Below are positions 38,449-52,400 of a stretch of DNA of 64,000 nt, in pieces; position 1 is the first letter of the stretch; the number at the start of each line of letters is the position of its first letter. Made by a program: the position numbers and the translations under genes. Source of the DNA: Octopus sinensis (Eukaryota); contig NC_043015.1 of the NCBI RefSeq assembly GCF_006345805.1, forward strand, positions 47,554,001 through 47,618,000, in the 5' to 3' direction. The notes beneath the pieces were generated by a model that was not told the origin of the DNA, did not search any database, and saw nothing but the letters and a program-made list of their open reading frames with translations.

Positions 38449-38977
38449 CTTGATTGTCACTGAGAGACAGCAGGGAAAGATTTAAATTTGCATGGAGAGG
38501 TTTTACTTGTGATTCCACACTGTAATACTACTAAAGAAAAGCTATTTAATTTAACGAAGCTTAAAACTCCGAGTAGGTTATTACTTAAGGTTGATGACAC
38601 ATTTGTCTTCTCTAATTACAGCAAAACTGGAAGACATACAACCAAGTTATAAAATATAAACCACATAGATGTTCATATTCAAGGAGTCATGTAAATAAAT
38701 GGAGTTGTTGTAGTCCTTTGTGTCTGTGCAATGTTGTTAATATGCCCTATTATGAGAACAATTAGGCTGATGAAACTTGTAAGTTGACCTGAATAAGTTA
38801 AAAACATATTTATTTTTGTAACTGACTTCAATACATGTTATGGTTAGCAAATTGGTGATATTAATTCATAATTTTAATCTTTAACATCAGTAAGCACCAA
38901 GCCAAGCACCTAGTTGACATACAGTTTGTAGCCACGTCACAAGAAGTGATGGAATTCTGTAAAATGAATAATCTCTA

Positions 38978-39341
38978 CTAGCACTATGATCCAGCATTGC
39001 CGGGTCATAGTGCTAGTGCATGCATATACAGCTGCGTGCGTGCACACATACATGCGAGTACTGTCCAAATCTCCAACCAATCACATACAGCTAGCTGGCA
39101 TTCAATTGGCGTATCAAGTTTCGGGCATTTTGATTGGGTTTTGGATAGAAAATTCACAAAAAAGTCACTTCTATTGATTTTTTAATGGCTTTGTGGGGTG
39201 ACTGGGGAAATGTAAAGATGTGTACGACCACCCTTGGACGGTTTTGAATGACCATAGAAAGTGCGAGCCCTCTAACTGAAAAATTGTAGATTTGTATAAA
39301 GGACACTCACACAGACATTTTGCCGTTTATATATATAGAGA
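38978..39341 (-). mobile_element. Non-autonomous Helitron
   Basis: Minus strand A|TCTCTATATATATAAA ... hairpin ATGACCCGGCAATGCTGGATCAT ... CTAG|T; no TSD; second copy at 47771-48146. Confidence 0.8.
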
Positions 39342-40009
39342 TATTTGCAACTCAAACTTTGAAAATGTAGCTGACCCATTGGTCATTCACCATCATAAGG
39401 TCATAATTAGATTTGTTCTGACCAAGAAACAAAACAATTATTTTGAAACACTAAACTATAACAAAAAATATTTATCTCCACTTAAATGTGGATGTTGTGT
39501 TAGAACAAGCTATACTGCAATAAATACCACGAGAGAAACTCTCATATTGGCTTTTGGTGCTACATGCATCCTTGTTTATATCGCTAGCAGGGAGATAAAC
39601 CCCCACTATCTCCAGCACTGAGACCACCTGATCATGTGATTTCGACCGATCTTGGCCTTGTCGATGATGGATGCTCAACAGCTAGAAATGGCAGAGACTC
39701 ATATCCCTAGAAAAACAGTGCCAAAAGAGGTACTGGTGTCGCAATTATCCAGTGAGTTTGTTAATATAGATTAGTGGTTAGCAACATTCAATTAAGGATA
39801 AAGTAAATTAGAGAACAAATATGGAAACTGAAAAATGTGAATGTTAGATGAAACTTGCACTATTTGATGCCTATTTAAGTGGAAAGGAAATAGAGAACTG
39901 TAACTGAGAGAATATCTTTAAGAGAGTAACAAAGCACTAGGAATGAAATCAGGGAGTTAGTTAAGGAGTAGGTAATAAGTGGTGGAAAAGGGGAAACCTT
40001 CAAGAGCAA

Positions 40010-40140
40010 TATTGAAAGGAAGGATAGCAAATAACATTAAAAGGAAGGATTGCAAATAACAATTTGGAAAGGAAGGATAGCAAACAATTTTGAAAGGAAG
40101 GATGGCAGATAGCAATATTATAAGGAAAGGCAGCAATTAG
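40010..40140 (+). repeat. About 24-bp degenerate minisatellite (GAAAGGAAGGATAGCAAATAACATT), about 5 copies
   Basis: Visible tandem units. Confidence 0.7.
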
Positions 40141-40459
40141 CCATAATAAAGCTTTTACTACAGAAAGCTGATATTACCACTCAAAATTTCATTAAATCTA
40201 GATAAGGGTCTACTACCATTGGGTTGATGAATAGTTTATGACAGGTATTCATTGGACAGAAGGTATGCCACAGTATGTTGTATGTATGTGTGTGCACATG
40301 AGTGTGCATGTGTGTCTTTCACCAATACACATAAGCAAAGGATCTTTCATCTTTTACCTGCTTTAGTCAATGAATTATGGCCATGCTGGGGCTACACCTT
40401 GAAGTCTTTTAACCAAACAAATTGACCGCAGAACTTTTTTTTTGTTTCTTTTCTTTTAA

Positions 40460-40680
40460 CCCTTTAGTGTTCGCATTATTCTGCCAAAACTAATGCTTTT
40501 TTATCCACATTGCTTTGAACTAATCATGCATTATCTTGTAGCTATGAGATTCTGATGAGGTAGCTGTTAATTTTTAAAACGATATTGTAGGAATGGTGTG
40601 AGAGACCAGATCTGACCAGTTTGAACATAAAACAGGCAGAATACTTTTGGCCGGATATGGCCGGTTTAAATGCTAAAGGG
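40460..40680. mobile_element. piggyBac-like MITE
   Basis: TTAA|CCCTTTAG ... CTAAAGGG|TTAA; related copies at about 24079-24546 (RTE-interrupted) and about 55218-55770. Confidence 0.75.
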
Positions 40681-41065
40681 TTAAAGTCCGATATTTATTC
40701 ATTTGATCTCTTTTGCTAAAGCAATAAGAGGACATAAACAAACCAATACCAGTTATCAAGCAGTGGAGATGGGAAACACAGATACAAAGACACACACACA
40801 CATATATATATACACAAATGATAGGCTTCCACACAGTTTCCACCCACCAAATTTACTCCCAAGGCATTGGTCAGTGTTGGGCTATAGCAGAAGACACTAG
40901 CACAAGGGGCTGCACACTGGAACTGACACCAAACCATGTGGTTGTAAATCGAGCATTTTAATCACACAGCCATGCCTGTACCTATATAAAACATCGATAA
41001 AAATAAATTCAGTATTCTGAAAATGTTGTCATCTGCACTGAGTTGTAGATGCCCTTGTGCGCTTC

Positions 41066-41480
41066 TTATTTCTTTATTGCCCACAAGGGGCTAAACATAG
41101 AGGGAACACACAAGGACAGATAAATGGATTAAGTCAATTACATCGACCCCAGTGTGTAACTGGTACTTAATTTATCGACCCCAAAAGGATGAAAGGCAAA
41201 GTCGACCTCGGCGGAATTTGAACTCAGAACGTAATGGCAGACGAAATACCTATTTCTTTATTACCCACAAGGGACTAAACATAGAGGAGACAAACAAGGA
41301 CAGACATAGGTATTAAGTCGATTACATCGGCCCCAGTGCGTAACTAGTACTTAATTTAACGACCCCGAAAGGATGAAAGGCAAAGTCGACCTCGGCGGAA
41401 TTTGAACTCAGAACGTAACGGCAGATGAAATACCACTAAGCATTTCAACCGGTGTGCTAAAGTTTCTGCCAGCTTGCCAC
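41066..41480 (-). mobile_element. SINE family B dimer
   Basis: Reverse complement of the family B unit twice; same junction. Confidence 0.82.
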
Positions 41481-41524
41481 TTTGTGCACTTCTCGCTATC
41501 TGAAATGAACCAGAGTGTGTATAT

Positions 41525-43807
41525 ACACATACACACATGCTTTATATTCAGCATTTCTATTTCCCACTTAAGTTTCATTTAGTCATTAACATTTGGATTA
41601 ATTAATAAAGAATTAAGATGTGTCGATGGTAGAAAAATACATTTTCCTATACTTAACCATTTTGGTATTGTATTGTGTAGTACAATCTGGACAAAAACAG
41701 ATGTTGATGAATCACTTATGCAAGAGGACATATCTTTCACTGTCAACTTTATTAAAGCAAATATTTTTATGAATTTTTTTTATTGTTGTTGTTAAGTGTG
41801 ATAACCTACAGGGAATTTGACAAAAGTTGCATCAAACTGAGTTGGATCATTGGAAACCTGTAACAATGAAATTACTGTTTACAAATTACAATATAAAATA
41901 AATATCATTAGAGAGGAGTATGTCTGCAACAAGTCTTCTCTGTGACAAATGTAAAAGAGAGGCATTACTAGAAGGGGCTGTTGAATAAGGAGATACAACA
42001 AAGAATGCTAAATACAAGGGCACACACATACACACAACAACAATATGCTTCATCACTTTGTCTCCAACAATTCCGTGCGACACCAGTGCAGAATCACCTC
42101 CCTCCGACAAGTCATCCTAATGAGACGTCTGCGTTGGCTGGGTCATGCCCTCCGTCGTCAACCAGGAGAATTCATCTACGAAGCAATTGCCCCAGCTCCC
42201 CTTCAGGGTTGGCGAAAGCGATGTGGTGGACAATGAAAAACCTGGCTGATGACACTCGAGGCTGATCTGGAACCCAACCTAGGCCCCCATATCTACGGCA
42301 TTCGCTGCTGGAATAAGGAGTGATTGGAGATCGCGCGGTCGTTAGCCTCAAATCGCCAGGCCTGGTTGGCGTTGGTGAGAGATGCAGCATTGAGGATGAA
42401 TGAAGCCAGCTCAACCCACCCCGGGTGAATGCTGTAAGAAGAAGAGAAGAACAACATGCTTCATCATATCTTCTGTTTAATAATCTATCTGAATGACAGA
42501 TCATACCCTGAAAGATGAAAGGGGTGGAAAGAATTTTTTCAAAGTTAGTCATGAATGGAGTTACAGTTTGGTGCAGTTTGGGTTTGTACCGAAATGTGGA
42601 TCAGATGCAGACATCATACTTCTCATGAGTTCTTGGGTAAGGAAACCACCCATAGCTCTAGATTCCATATGACCTCATAAAGGCTCTTGACAGAATCACC
42701 CAGTAGATGGAATATATATTAAATAAACACTGCAGCCTAACAATTAATTATGTAATTAAAACTACCAGTTTGTGGTGTCCTGGCAACAGGTCTATGGCAA
42801 TGTAAGGTTACCATTTAAAATAACCTGCACTCCTACTGTTAACAAGTTTTAATCTCAATAAATGAACAATTAAGCTAGGCATGAACAAACAAGTGTATTT
42901 TTTTATATTTAAACTGAGGCCACATCTTCACAGCTAAACAATTTGAGGGTCCAATTAACAGAATTGATCAATAATCCAATACCTTTACAAAGATTTGGAT
43001 TTATATTTCACTAGAGTTCACTTTTTTAGTTTCTCATTGTGTCCCCACCTTTTGCCACAACTTTCTCTCACTCTTTCTTCTGTTGGCCTGCTCGCTTAGC
43101 CAGCAGGGCGGCATTATTTGAAAGCTAAAACACTGCGAAGTGCATTGTGACCAACGATGTGTACCAACATCTGATGGCCTGGTTGGTCACATGATGTGAC
43201 ATTAATAGAATGAACAATGAATTAGCTGAGAAGACTAATTAGGAAAGTACAGGAGGTGGTCAAAAAAGCCAGCTTCTATATATGGCTGAAGCGGGAAGAC
43301 CAAAACTGGCTTGAAAGTCATGACATGCCGGCAGGAAAATAACATCACTAGGTTAGACAGGCTGACACTGATTAGCCTCACTGATTGACAGGTGACGGTC
43401 TCGTTTAGAGAATGTGTGGGCTAAGACTATGCACCTTCGTTGGTCAGTTAAAGTTGAGACAGTGTCACGTGACAACTTGCAATCCACCCAACTCAGCTTG
43501 ACCCTTTTACTGCCATTTGCAACTTTAGTCAAACTCCCTGTAGGTTATTACACTTAACAACAGCAGATTGAAAAAATTCACAAAAACTTTGCTTTAATAA
43601 AGTTGCCAGTGAAAGCTATTTCCACTTGCATAAATGGTTTGTCAACATGTGTTTTTGTCCGATTGTATACAATGCAATACTAGAATGGTTAAGCATGGGA
43701 AAATGTATTTTTCTATTATCAACACATCTTAATTCTTTATTAATTAATCCAAGTGTTAATGGCTAAAGTAGGAAATTAAAATGCAGAATAACAAGTGTGT
43801 GTGTGTA
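41525..43807. mobile_element. About 2.3-kb foldback/DNA-transposon relic with about 300-bp imperfect TIRs (41525-41830, 43518-43807)
   Basis: TTGGATTAATTAATAAAGAATTAAGATGTGT...GATAACCTACAGGGAATTTGAC is reverse-complemented at 43518-43807; nested RTE and SINE pieces lie inside. Confidence 0.7.
42070..42450 (+). mobile_element. RTE LINE 3' relic (different family)
   Basis: RRLRWLGHALRRQPGEFIYEAIAPAPLQGWRKRCGGQ*KTW..LASNRQAWLALVRD. Confidence 0.78.
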
Positions 43808-44695
43808 TCATCATCATCATCGTTTAACGTCCGTTTTCCATGCTAGCATGGGTTGGACGGTTCAACTGGGGTCTGGGAAGCCAGTAGGCTGCGCCAGGCC
43901 CAGTCTGATCTGGCAGTGTTTCTACAGCTGGATGCCCTTCCTAACGCCAACCATTCTGTGAGTGTAGTGGGTGCTTTTTACGTGCCACCTGCACAGGTGC
44001 CAGATGAGGCTGGCAAACGGCCACAATCGGATGGTGCTTTTTACGTGACACCGGCACGGAGGTCAGTCGGGGCGGCACTGGCAACATCCACATTCAGATG
44101 GTTCTCTTATGTGCCACCAGCACTGGTATCACAGCTACAATTTCCATTGATGTTGATCGATACACACAATATATTCGGTAATACAATACACTTATAGAAA
44201 ATTTTTTAAGGAAACGCTTGAATAATTATCATGTGACTCTAACATTTCAATGTTTGCTTTTATAAGCAGACACAGGTTGTATATGTCTAAAGAAATATGC
44301 TGTATTTTCCAGCATACAAGTCAAATTCTTCAGACCAAAATTTACAGTCAAAACCAGGTTAACTTATACACCAAGATGACTTTGGAGGACCAAAAGTTCC
44401 ATGTGAAATGCAGCAGATTTGGAATGATAGTGACGATGACCGAATGCTTACATTAGTTTACATGTTATACCACTATTGATTTGTATGCCAGAAAATACGA
44501 TACTCTCAGAAAATTCAGCTCATAATTTGGCTTTCTGGAAATATTAGAAGAACGGAAAAAAAAAAACAAACAACTAAAGGTGTAAATATGTTGGAGCAAA
44601 TAAATAAACAATTGTAGAATTTTGTAATATTTTCATTTTTTTTTTCTTCCTCTTCTTCTGGGATTGAATTACATCAAATTCTTTGCATGTATTCA

Positions 44696-44806
44696 TTTAT
44701 TTATGTCATAAAAAAAAATATTAACATGAAGCTTTCAGATGTTGACTGCATGAAGTGGATTTGTACACAATTAGCTATTTTTCAACTAAAATACATTTAT
44801 TTTATT
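44696..44806 (-). terminator. Candidate AP3S polyadenylation signals (AATAAA)
   Basis: Minus-strand AATAAA at 44801-44806, 44796-44801 and 44696-44701, 370-480 nt past the stop. The region is AT-rich, so specificity is low. Confidence 0.3.
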
Positions 44807-45174
44807 TATACAAAAAATATTTCTTTTACCTTTTTTTTTTTTTTTTTTTTTATGAATATCTCATATTTTTCGCTTTTTGGAAAAAATTATAGGTAAAAAC
44901 AATTGATAACAAGAATATTTTCTTTCGAAAGAAAAGAATTAATTCAAATGTTATGAAAAACAGAATGAAAAATGTATGCGCACACACACCCAAGTACACA
45001 TGCACACACAAACACACACACACACACACGCACACACATGCACACGGAGTGATAATTCAAACTATCAGGAAAGTTTAGATATGCATTATTTTATCAAGCT
45101 TACTAATACTGCAGTCAAAAAAAATGTATGGATATGCCTCAAATTACAGGCCATCCTAATTTCGATGGCTCATT

Positions 45175-45294
45175 TTAAAATTTCAGATTCCCAATAGATG
45201 GTAAATCTGGGAGTTTGATGTCTTTAATTTTCTGTGGAATGTTCATTTCTTTGACAGCTGATACAGCTCGAGCGGGTGCAGCAGCGATACCAGC
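45175..45294 (-). CDS. AP3S1: AP3S exon 6 coding part ([39 protein letters not shown])
   Basis: Acceptor tttttcag|GCT; [10 protein letters not shown] motif; TAA at 45175-45177. Confidence 0.94.
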   Translation of the reverse strand, partial: AGIAAAPARAVSAVKEMNIPQKIKDIKLPDLPSIGNLKF

Positions 45295-48200
45295 CTGAAA
45301 AATAAAATTCACAGCGTTAAATATTATAGATATAGAAGGAGATAAACTGAACAAAGGAATTTCAACCGTGTTTTGTGGTCTGCTACCACAACAGCTCCTT
45401 TATAGGATCCGGTTAGCTCAAGACATCATCAGGAGGAACCACGTCCGGTTTCGGCCCCTACTCCTCTACTGTTTTGACGTGGCGGGGCCCCTCCCTTTCG
45501 GAGGTGTCTACAGCTCTGATGTTGGGTGCGTGTCTTCTTTCTTCTTCTTTCCTCTGTTCCCTGGCCTCTTCGATATGGCATCAATGAGTGCCAGTGGATG
45601 ACTGACTGTCCCGTCAAAATTCCCTTTAAATACCTGCTGCTAGGCTCCAGCAGGCAGCCCTAGCAAGTTGTCACATGACACTGTCTCAACTGTAACTGAC
45701 CAATGAAGGTGCGTAGTCTTAGCCCACGCATTCTCTAAACGACCGTCACCTGTCAATCAGCGAAGCTAATTCAATGTCAGCTTATCTCACCTAGTGATGT
45801 TATTTTCCTGCCAGCATGTTATGACTTTCAAGCTAGTTTTGGTCTTCCTGCTTCAGCCATATATAGAAGCTGGCTTTTTCAACCGCCTCCTGTACTCTCC
45901 TTATTAGTCTTCTCAGCTAATTCATTGTTCATTCTATTAATGTCACGTCATGTGGCCAACCAGGTTATCAGGTGTTGGTACACATCGCTGGTCACAATGC
46001 ACTTCGCATCGTTTTAGCCTTCAAATAACACCGCCCCACTGGTTAAGCGAGCAGGCCAACAGAAGAAAGAGTGAGAGAAAGTCATGGCAAAAGAGTACAG
46101 CAGGGGTCGCTACCACCCCCTGCCAGAGGCTCATGGAGCTTTAGGTGTTTTTGCTCAATAAACACAACGCCCGGTCTGGGAATCGAAACCGCAAGTCTGC
46201 TGCCCTAACCACTGGCCATTGTGCTTCCATTCTATTACTGTAAAAGGGTAAAAACCCCTTCAGTTATGGACGACCATGAAATTGCACCTAGTCCAGACAA
46301 GGTTGTTTTTGGAAGACCAGCAGTCACCCATGCATACCAGCCTCTCCTCTACAATGCCACTGATGTTATCCAAGGGAAAGGCAAAGGCCGATACAGCTTG
46401 GCACCAGTGATGTCACAACTCATTTCTACAGCTGAGTGAACTGGAGCAACATGAAATAAAGTGTCTCGCTCAAGAACACAATACAGAGCCCTGCCTGAGA
46501 ATTGAACTCACTACCACATGATTGTAAGCACGATGCTCTAACCAGTGAGCCATGCACTTTCACTTCTATTAATGTATCTTTCAAATTATTTTCATTCAAT
46601 AAAAGTTTGAGTAGCTGAGGACTTCTATCTGGTTTCTATTTACGAAGACCTGTTGAGGCAAGTGAAATCGAAATCAAATTCGATGACTGGCATCCGTGCT
46701 AGTGGAGTGCTAAGAGCACCATCCGAGCATGGTTGTTGCCAGAGCGGCTAACTGGCGTCGGTGCCGGTGACATGTAAAAAGCACCATTCGAGCGAAGTCG
46801 TAGCCAGTGCCGCTGGACTGGCTCCTGTGCAAGTGGTACGTAAAAAACACCATTTGAATATGGCCATTGCCAGTACCGCCTACACTCTCGGAGTGGTTGG
46901 CGTTAGAAGGGCATCCAGCTGTAGAAACTCTGCCAGATCAGATTGGAGCCTGGTGCAGCCATCTGGTTTGCCAGTCCTCAGTCAAATCGTCCAACTCATG
47001 CCAGCATGGAAAGCAGATGTTAAACGTTGATGATGATGATGATGTTAACAAAGGAGAGGCAAATACAGAAGTAATGAAATATTAACAGACACCACAGTCC
47101 TGAAGTACTATTCCCTATCTCCATCCGTAAATAATTCTTTCTAATTTTTGTCACAAAGTCAGCAATTTTGAGAGGAGGAGAAGTCAACTACGAAGAACTT
47201 GGTGCTCAACTTGCACTTATTTTATTGACCCTAAAAGGATGAAAGGCAGAGTCGACCTCAGCAGAATTTGAACTCAGAACGTAAAGCCTAGAAAAAGTAC
47301 CACAAAGTATCTTGTCTAGTATGATAGTGATTCTCTAGCTCACTGCCTTTTCGTCTGCAAATATATATGTATGTGTGTGTGTGTGTGTGTGTGTGTATGT
47401 TTGTGTATCTGTGTTTGTCCCCCCAACATCGCTTGACAACCGATGGTGGTGTGTTTAAGTCCCTGTAACTTAGCGGTTCGGCAAAACGAGACTGATAGAA
47501 TAAGTACTAGGCTTCCAAAGAATAAGTCCTGGGGGGTCGATTTGCTCGACTAAAGGCGATGCTCCAGCATGGCCGCAGTCAAATGACTGAAACGAGTAAA
47601 AGAGTAAAAAGAGAGAGTAAGAGTATACTAGAGATAGACCATGGAAACCTAAGAATAGACAGTTGAGTTAGACCAGAGAGTATTGGAGTACACAAAAGAC
47701 AATATGCAAAAGTGGTGTTCAACTCTTGCCGGTATCTATTATAGTCTAGGCCATACAGTTTTATGAAAGATTAGCACTATGACCTGTCATTGCCGGGTCA
47801 TAGTGCTAGTGCATGCATATACAGCTGCATGCATGCGCACGTACACGCGAGTACTGTCCAAATCTCTGACCAATCGCATACAGCTAGCTGGCATTCAATT
47901 GGCGTATCAAGTTTCGGGCATTTTGATTGGGTTTTGGATAGAAAATTCACAAAAAAGTCACTTCTATTGATTTTTTAATGGCTTTGCGGGGTGACTGGGG
48001 AAATGTAAAGATGTGCACGACCACCCTTGGACGATTTTGAATGACCATAGAAAGTGTGAGCCCTCTAACTGAAAATTTGTGGATTTGTATAAAGGACACA
48101 CACACACACACACACACAGACATTTTGCGGTTTATATATATAGAGATTTGCTTTACAAAACCAGGCCTTTAAAGCCTTCATTATTCAGTTCGCAGATTTG

Positions 48201-49344
48201 ACTGATGTTCATAATGGAAATACTACTTCCAAGGGTCAGTAAAATGCAAAATATTCAACATGAATACTGGTTTTGCAATATTTTGATTGGTCTACAAATC
48301 ATAATTGGTAAAAAATAGCCAAAAGCAAAAAAAAAAAAAAAAAGAGGTAAATGCTAGTATTGCAGTAATGTTTACTGTGTAATTAATCCTCGTCAGTCTA
48401 AGGAGAATAATCACGTAGTTATTTCAATTGCCGAACAACTATAATTACAAAACCAAATATAAAGCTTCTACATGACCATCCACTCCTAGCAACAACAAGT
48501 GTGAGCAATCCAACATACAATGGATAGTGAAGAGGAAAAACCAACACACATTGATTAGTTAAAAATTACATCTATAGTAAGGAGAAAGAAAAAAGAAATA
48601 ATTAGTTTGAACCATTAATTCTGTTCAAGAAATATAAGGGAGAAAACTCTGGAGTGTAAAATAAATGTGGAAATGTAGTGTAGAGTGAGCCTGACATTGG
48701 TAACTATGGTTTTACAACTATAGACATAGTGTTACACTTAGTCGGTTAATCATAGTCACATAGGTGCAGGCATGGTTGTGTAGTAAGAAGTTCACACTCA
48801 TCAGTCTTTTAATATAATGGATCATCATCATCATCACCATTTAACGTCTGCTCTCCATGCTGGCATGGGTTGGACAGTTTGACATGGAGGTGGCTAGCAG
48901 GGAGCTGTCCAGACTCCAACTGCCGCCATGGGTGCATTAGTGCAGCACCAACATCAGTGCTTTTTAAGTGGCACCGGCACCTAAAAGACAAGCCTGTATG
49001 TATTGAAGACAGTGATTTTTCTTAGCCTGATCACGCATTATCAAGTGGAGTAAATTGCCACCAAAACACAAACAACGCTATTGAGCTACAGATATCAGTA
49101 ACAATTATAATTTTGAAGGGTAATTTTTTTGGCAAATCTCTTAAAATGCTACCATATAAGAACAAAGATGAAGAGCAGAAAAAGATAGATTTTTTTTTTA
49201 CAAAAAGGCATAAGAGCGGCTGTGTGGTAAGTAGCTTGCTTACCAACCACGTGGCACCTTGGGCAAGTATCTTCTACTATAGCCTCAGGCCGACCAAAAC
49301 CTTGTGAGAGGATTTGGTAGATGGAAACTGAAAGAAGCCTGTCG

Positions 49345-49429
<85 letters not shown>

Positions 49430-52400
49430 GTATATGTATGTGTGTGTCTATGTTTGTCCCCCTAGCATTGCTTGACAACCGATGCTGGTGCGTTTACATG
49501 CCCGTTACTTAGCAGTTCGGCAAAAGAGACCAATAGAATTAGTACTAGGCTTACAAGGAATAAGTCCTGGGGTCGATTTGCTCAACTAAAGGCGGTGCTC
49601 CAGCATGGCCACAGTCAAATGACTGAAACAAGTAAAAGAGTAAAAAGCTCAAAATGCTTCTTGAAACAATGCCATGAGTTGTGATTCGACTGGAAGCATA
49701 AATAAACTGGACAAATCACCAATCCTATGAAACAACATGCTACTGCTGCTACTACTACTACTACTACTACTGCAACTACCTTTTCAATTTGTTGATCAAC
49801 ATATTAATTGAACAACAAGATCTCTGGTATTCCAAATGAGAAATTTGTAAAACTAGATTCTCAGTTCAAATATACCCTGGTGGCACGTCTGTGCTGGTGG
49901 CACATAAAAAGCACCCACTACACTCACGGAGTGGTTGGTGTTAGGAAGGGCATCCAGCTGTAGAAACACTGCCAGATCAGACTGGGCCTGGTGCAGCCTC
50001 CTGGCTTCCCAGACCCCAGTCAAACCGTCCAACCCAAGCTAGCATGAAAAGCGGATGTTAAACGATGATGATGATGATGATGATGAATACTGGTTGGGGA
50101 AAAAAAAACCAAGTTTCTAATACAGCTTCTTCATGGAGAAATTGCAAACCCAATCCCACTTGGGATTGCAAACTCTCAGCCCAAAATTTGATACTGCTTT
50201 CCTCACTAATATTTGTTTTTTAACTAATCAATAAGTTGATTAATCATTTGGTTAATCAATCAAGCAGCTGAGTTAGTCAAAGTCATTTTGTTGCCATTAG
50301 CAACCTCATCAATCACATGCCCTCTCTACTCCAGCTCAACTTCTGGCTTAATGACAACCCTGAGATACAACAAAATCTGTTTCAACACATGGCATCACAT
50401 CAAGAATCATGCAAACCAAATCTATAAACATAAAATGCACAAACATAGAACTTACCTCAGTTTTTTCCAGCTTGTTTTGTTCATCAATTCTAGTGAGAAT
50501 TTCAGACATGTTAGTTTCCAGTACCATTCCACCCATGACTAACTCAGAAAGAATATAATGGACCTACACAAACACAAAGTTACATGTTATCAATAATGTT
50601 TCAACATTTTTTGTATATTTATATTTCTTCATAAATAATCATCAGCATTCTTCTAAAGCAAAAAAAAAAAAAAAATGCTCAAAAGTAATTTTGTTAAAAA
50701 TAAACCAAGGCTGATTCATTCAAGATTTCCAGAATAACTTTCACAGTTCTTGGCAATTACTATATTTCATTGTCATACTTTAATTTATTTTTACCAATCT
50801 CATAAAGTTGTTCTGTTTGAGATATATATATAATAATGAAGAAAGTTGCATATCAGTTAGTTAGATATATGTAGCTTTTATTAAAAGAAAGCAATTATTA
50901 AATCTACACTCTCAAGAAAATTCTTTAAAATTCCAACTTTAATTTTTTTTTCCTCTTTTTTTACTTGTTTCAGTCATTTTGACTGCGGCCATGCTAGTGC
51001 ACCGCCTTTAGTCGAGCAACTTGACCCCGGGACTTATTCTTTGTAAGCCCAGTACTTATTCTATCGGTCTCTTTTGCCGAACCACTAAGTGACGGGGACA
51101 TAAACACACCAGCATTGGTTGTCAAGCAATGCTAGGGGACAAACACAGACACACAAACATATACGCACATACATATATATACATATATACGACGGGCTTC
51201 TTTCAGTTTCCATCTACCAAATCCACTCACAAGGCTTTGGTCGGCCCGAGGCTATAGTAGAAGACACTTGCCCAAGGTGCCACGCAGTGAGACTGAACTC
51301 AGAACCATGTGGTTGGTAAACAAGCTACTTACCACACAGTCACTCCTGCACCTAATGTAAATTTTTTTTTTTTTATCAAACTGTGGTTTTCAAACTTCAT
51401 TAATTATTGAAGAATCCAACTCAACAATTCAGTTTTAATTCACTGCGAGATAAAAAAAATCTTACACAGTGAGATAGCATTTTCCCTCATGTCTTGCTCC
51501 TTTCTCACTCTTTTCATTTCTTTATTTTCTACTTCTATTCCTCTTATCATTCCTCTTAGTCATTCTCTTTCTCTATCTTGTAATTTTTCCTCCTTCACCC
51601 AATTTCTTTCCTTGCAATGCTGTCTCTTTCTGTCAATCTACTGTTTCTTTTCAATTATTTTCATTAAATATAAGTACCATATTTTAATGTGTATAAGGAA
51701 CCCGTTTTTGTGAAAAATTAGGTTAAAAAATATTGGAGTTTCTTATACATAGATAGTATTATAATCCCTTACAAAAACGTTTTTCCAAATTTTAAGCCCC
51801 CAAAATTAGGGGGTTCCTTATACACATTAAAATACAGTAATTACAAAGTTTTCTAAGTTTTATTTGGTAATACACAAATGTGTATGGATCTTTTTGGTTT
51901 GAACGGCAGTTTTTTAAAATAATTTCCACAGAACTAAACACTTTTAAACTTCGTATACTGGTAGAATGTGTTTATAAAACATCTTTTTCTCTTGGCTTTA
52001 TTGAGAAAAATCTATAGTTTGTAAGATATTTGTTGTTTTTTTCTTCAATTTCTGCAATTTCAACCAATCAATAACGTCTATTGGGGTAAAAAGCATTCTG
52101 TGCCATATGAATATGTCCCTCGTTTAAGAAACAGATTGGGTTTATTTACATTTCTGAAGAAAAAAGATACCCTTCCCCCCACCCCTAACCCTAAAACAGA
52201 TTGAAATGCAATAGATCGATACTAGGGTCATAATTATGGGTGGCAATTTCATATGACACAGCTAGAAAAAACTGCCGTTCAAACCGAAAATATCCATGTG
52301 TATAATCTTGTAACACTTAGCCATGTTATAAGAATAAAACAATATAAACCTATATTGAGTTCTTCTTTCATCATGATGTACTACGATGACCCTATTAGAA

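Noticed and set aside
38622-38765. Plus-strand exon-like block after tctaattacag
   Set aside because: No recognisable protein, no linked exons, and early stops in two frames.
40552-40570. Other CTGATGA hits (40552, 26852, 57133) as hammerheads
   Set aside because: No stem II plus GAAA plus stem I context; 57133 is the YADD-region codons of an RTE reverse transcriptase.
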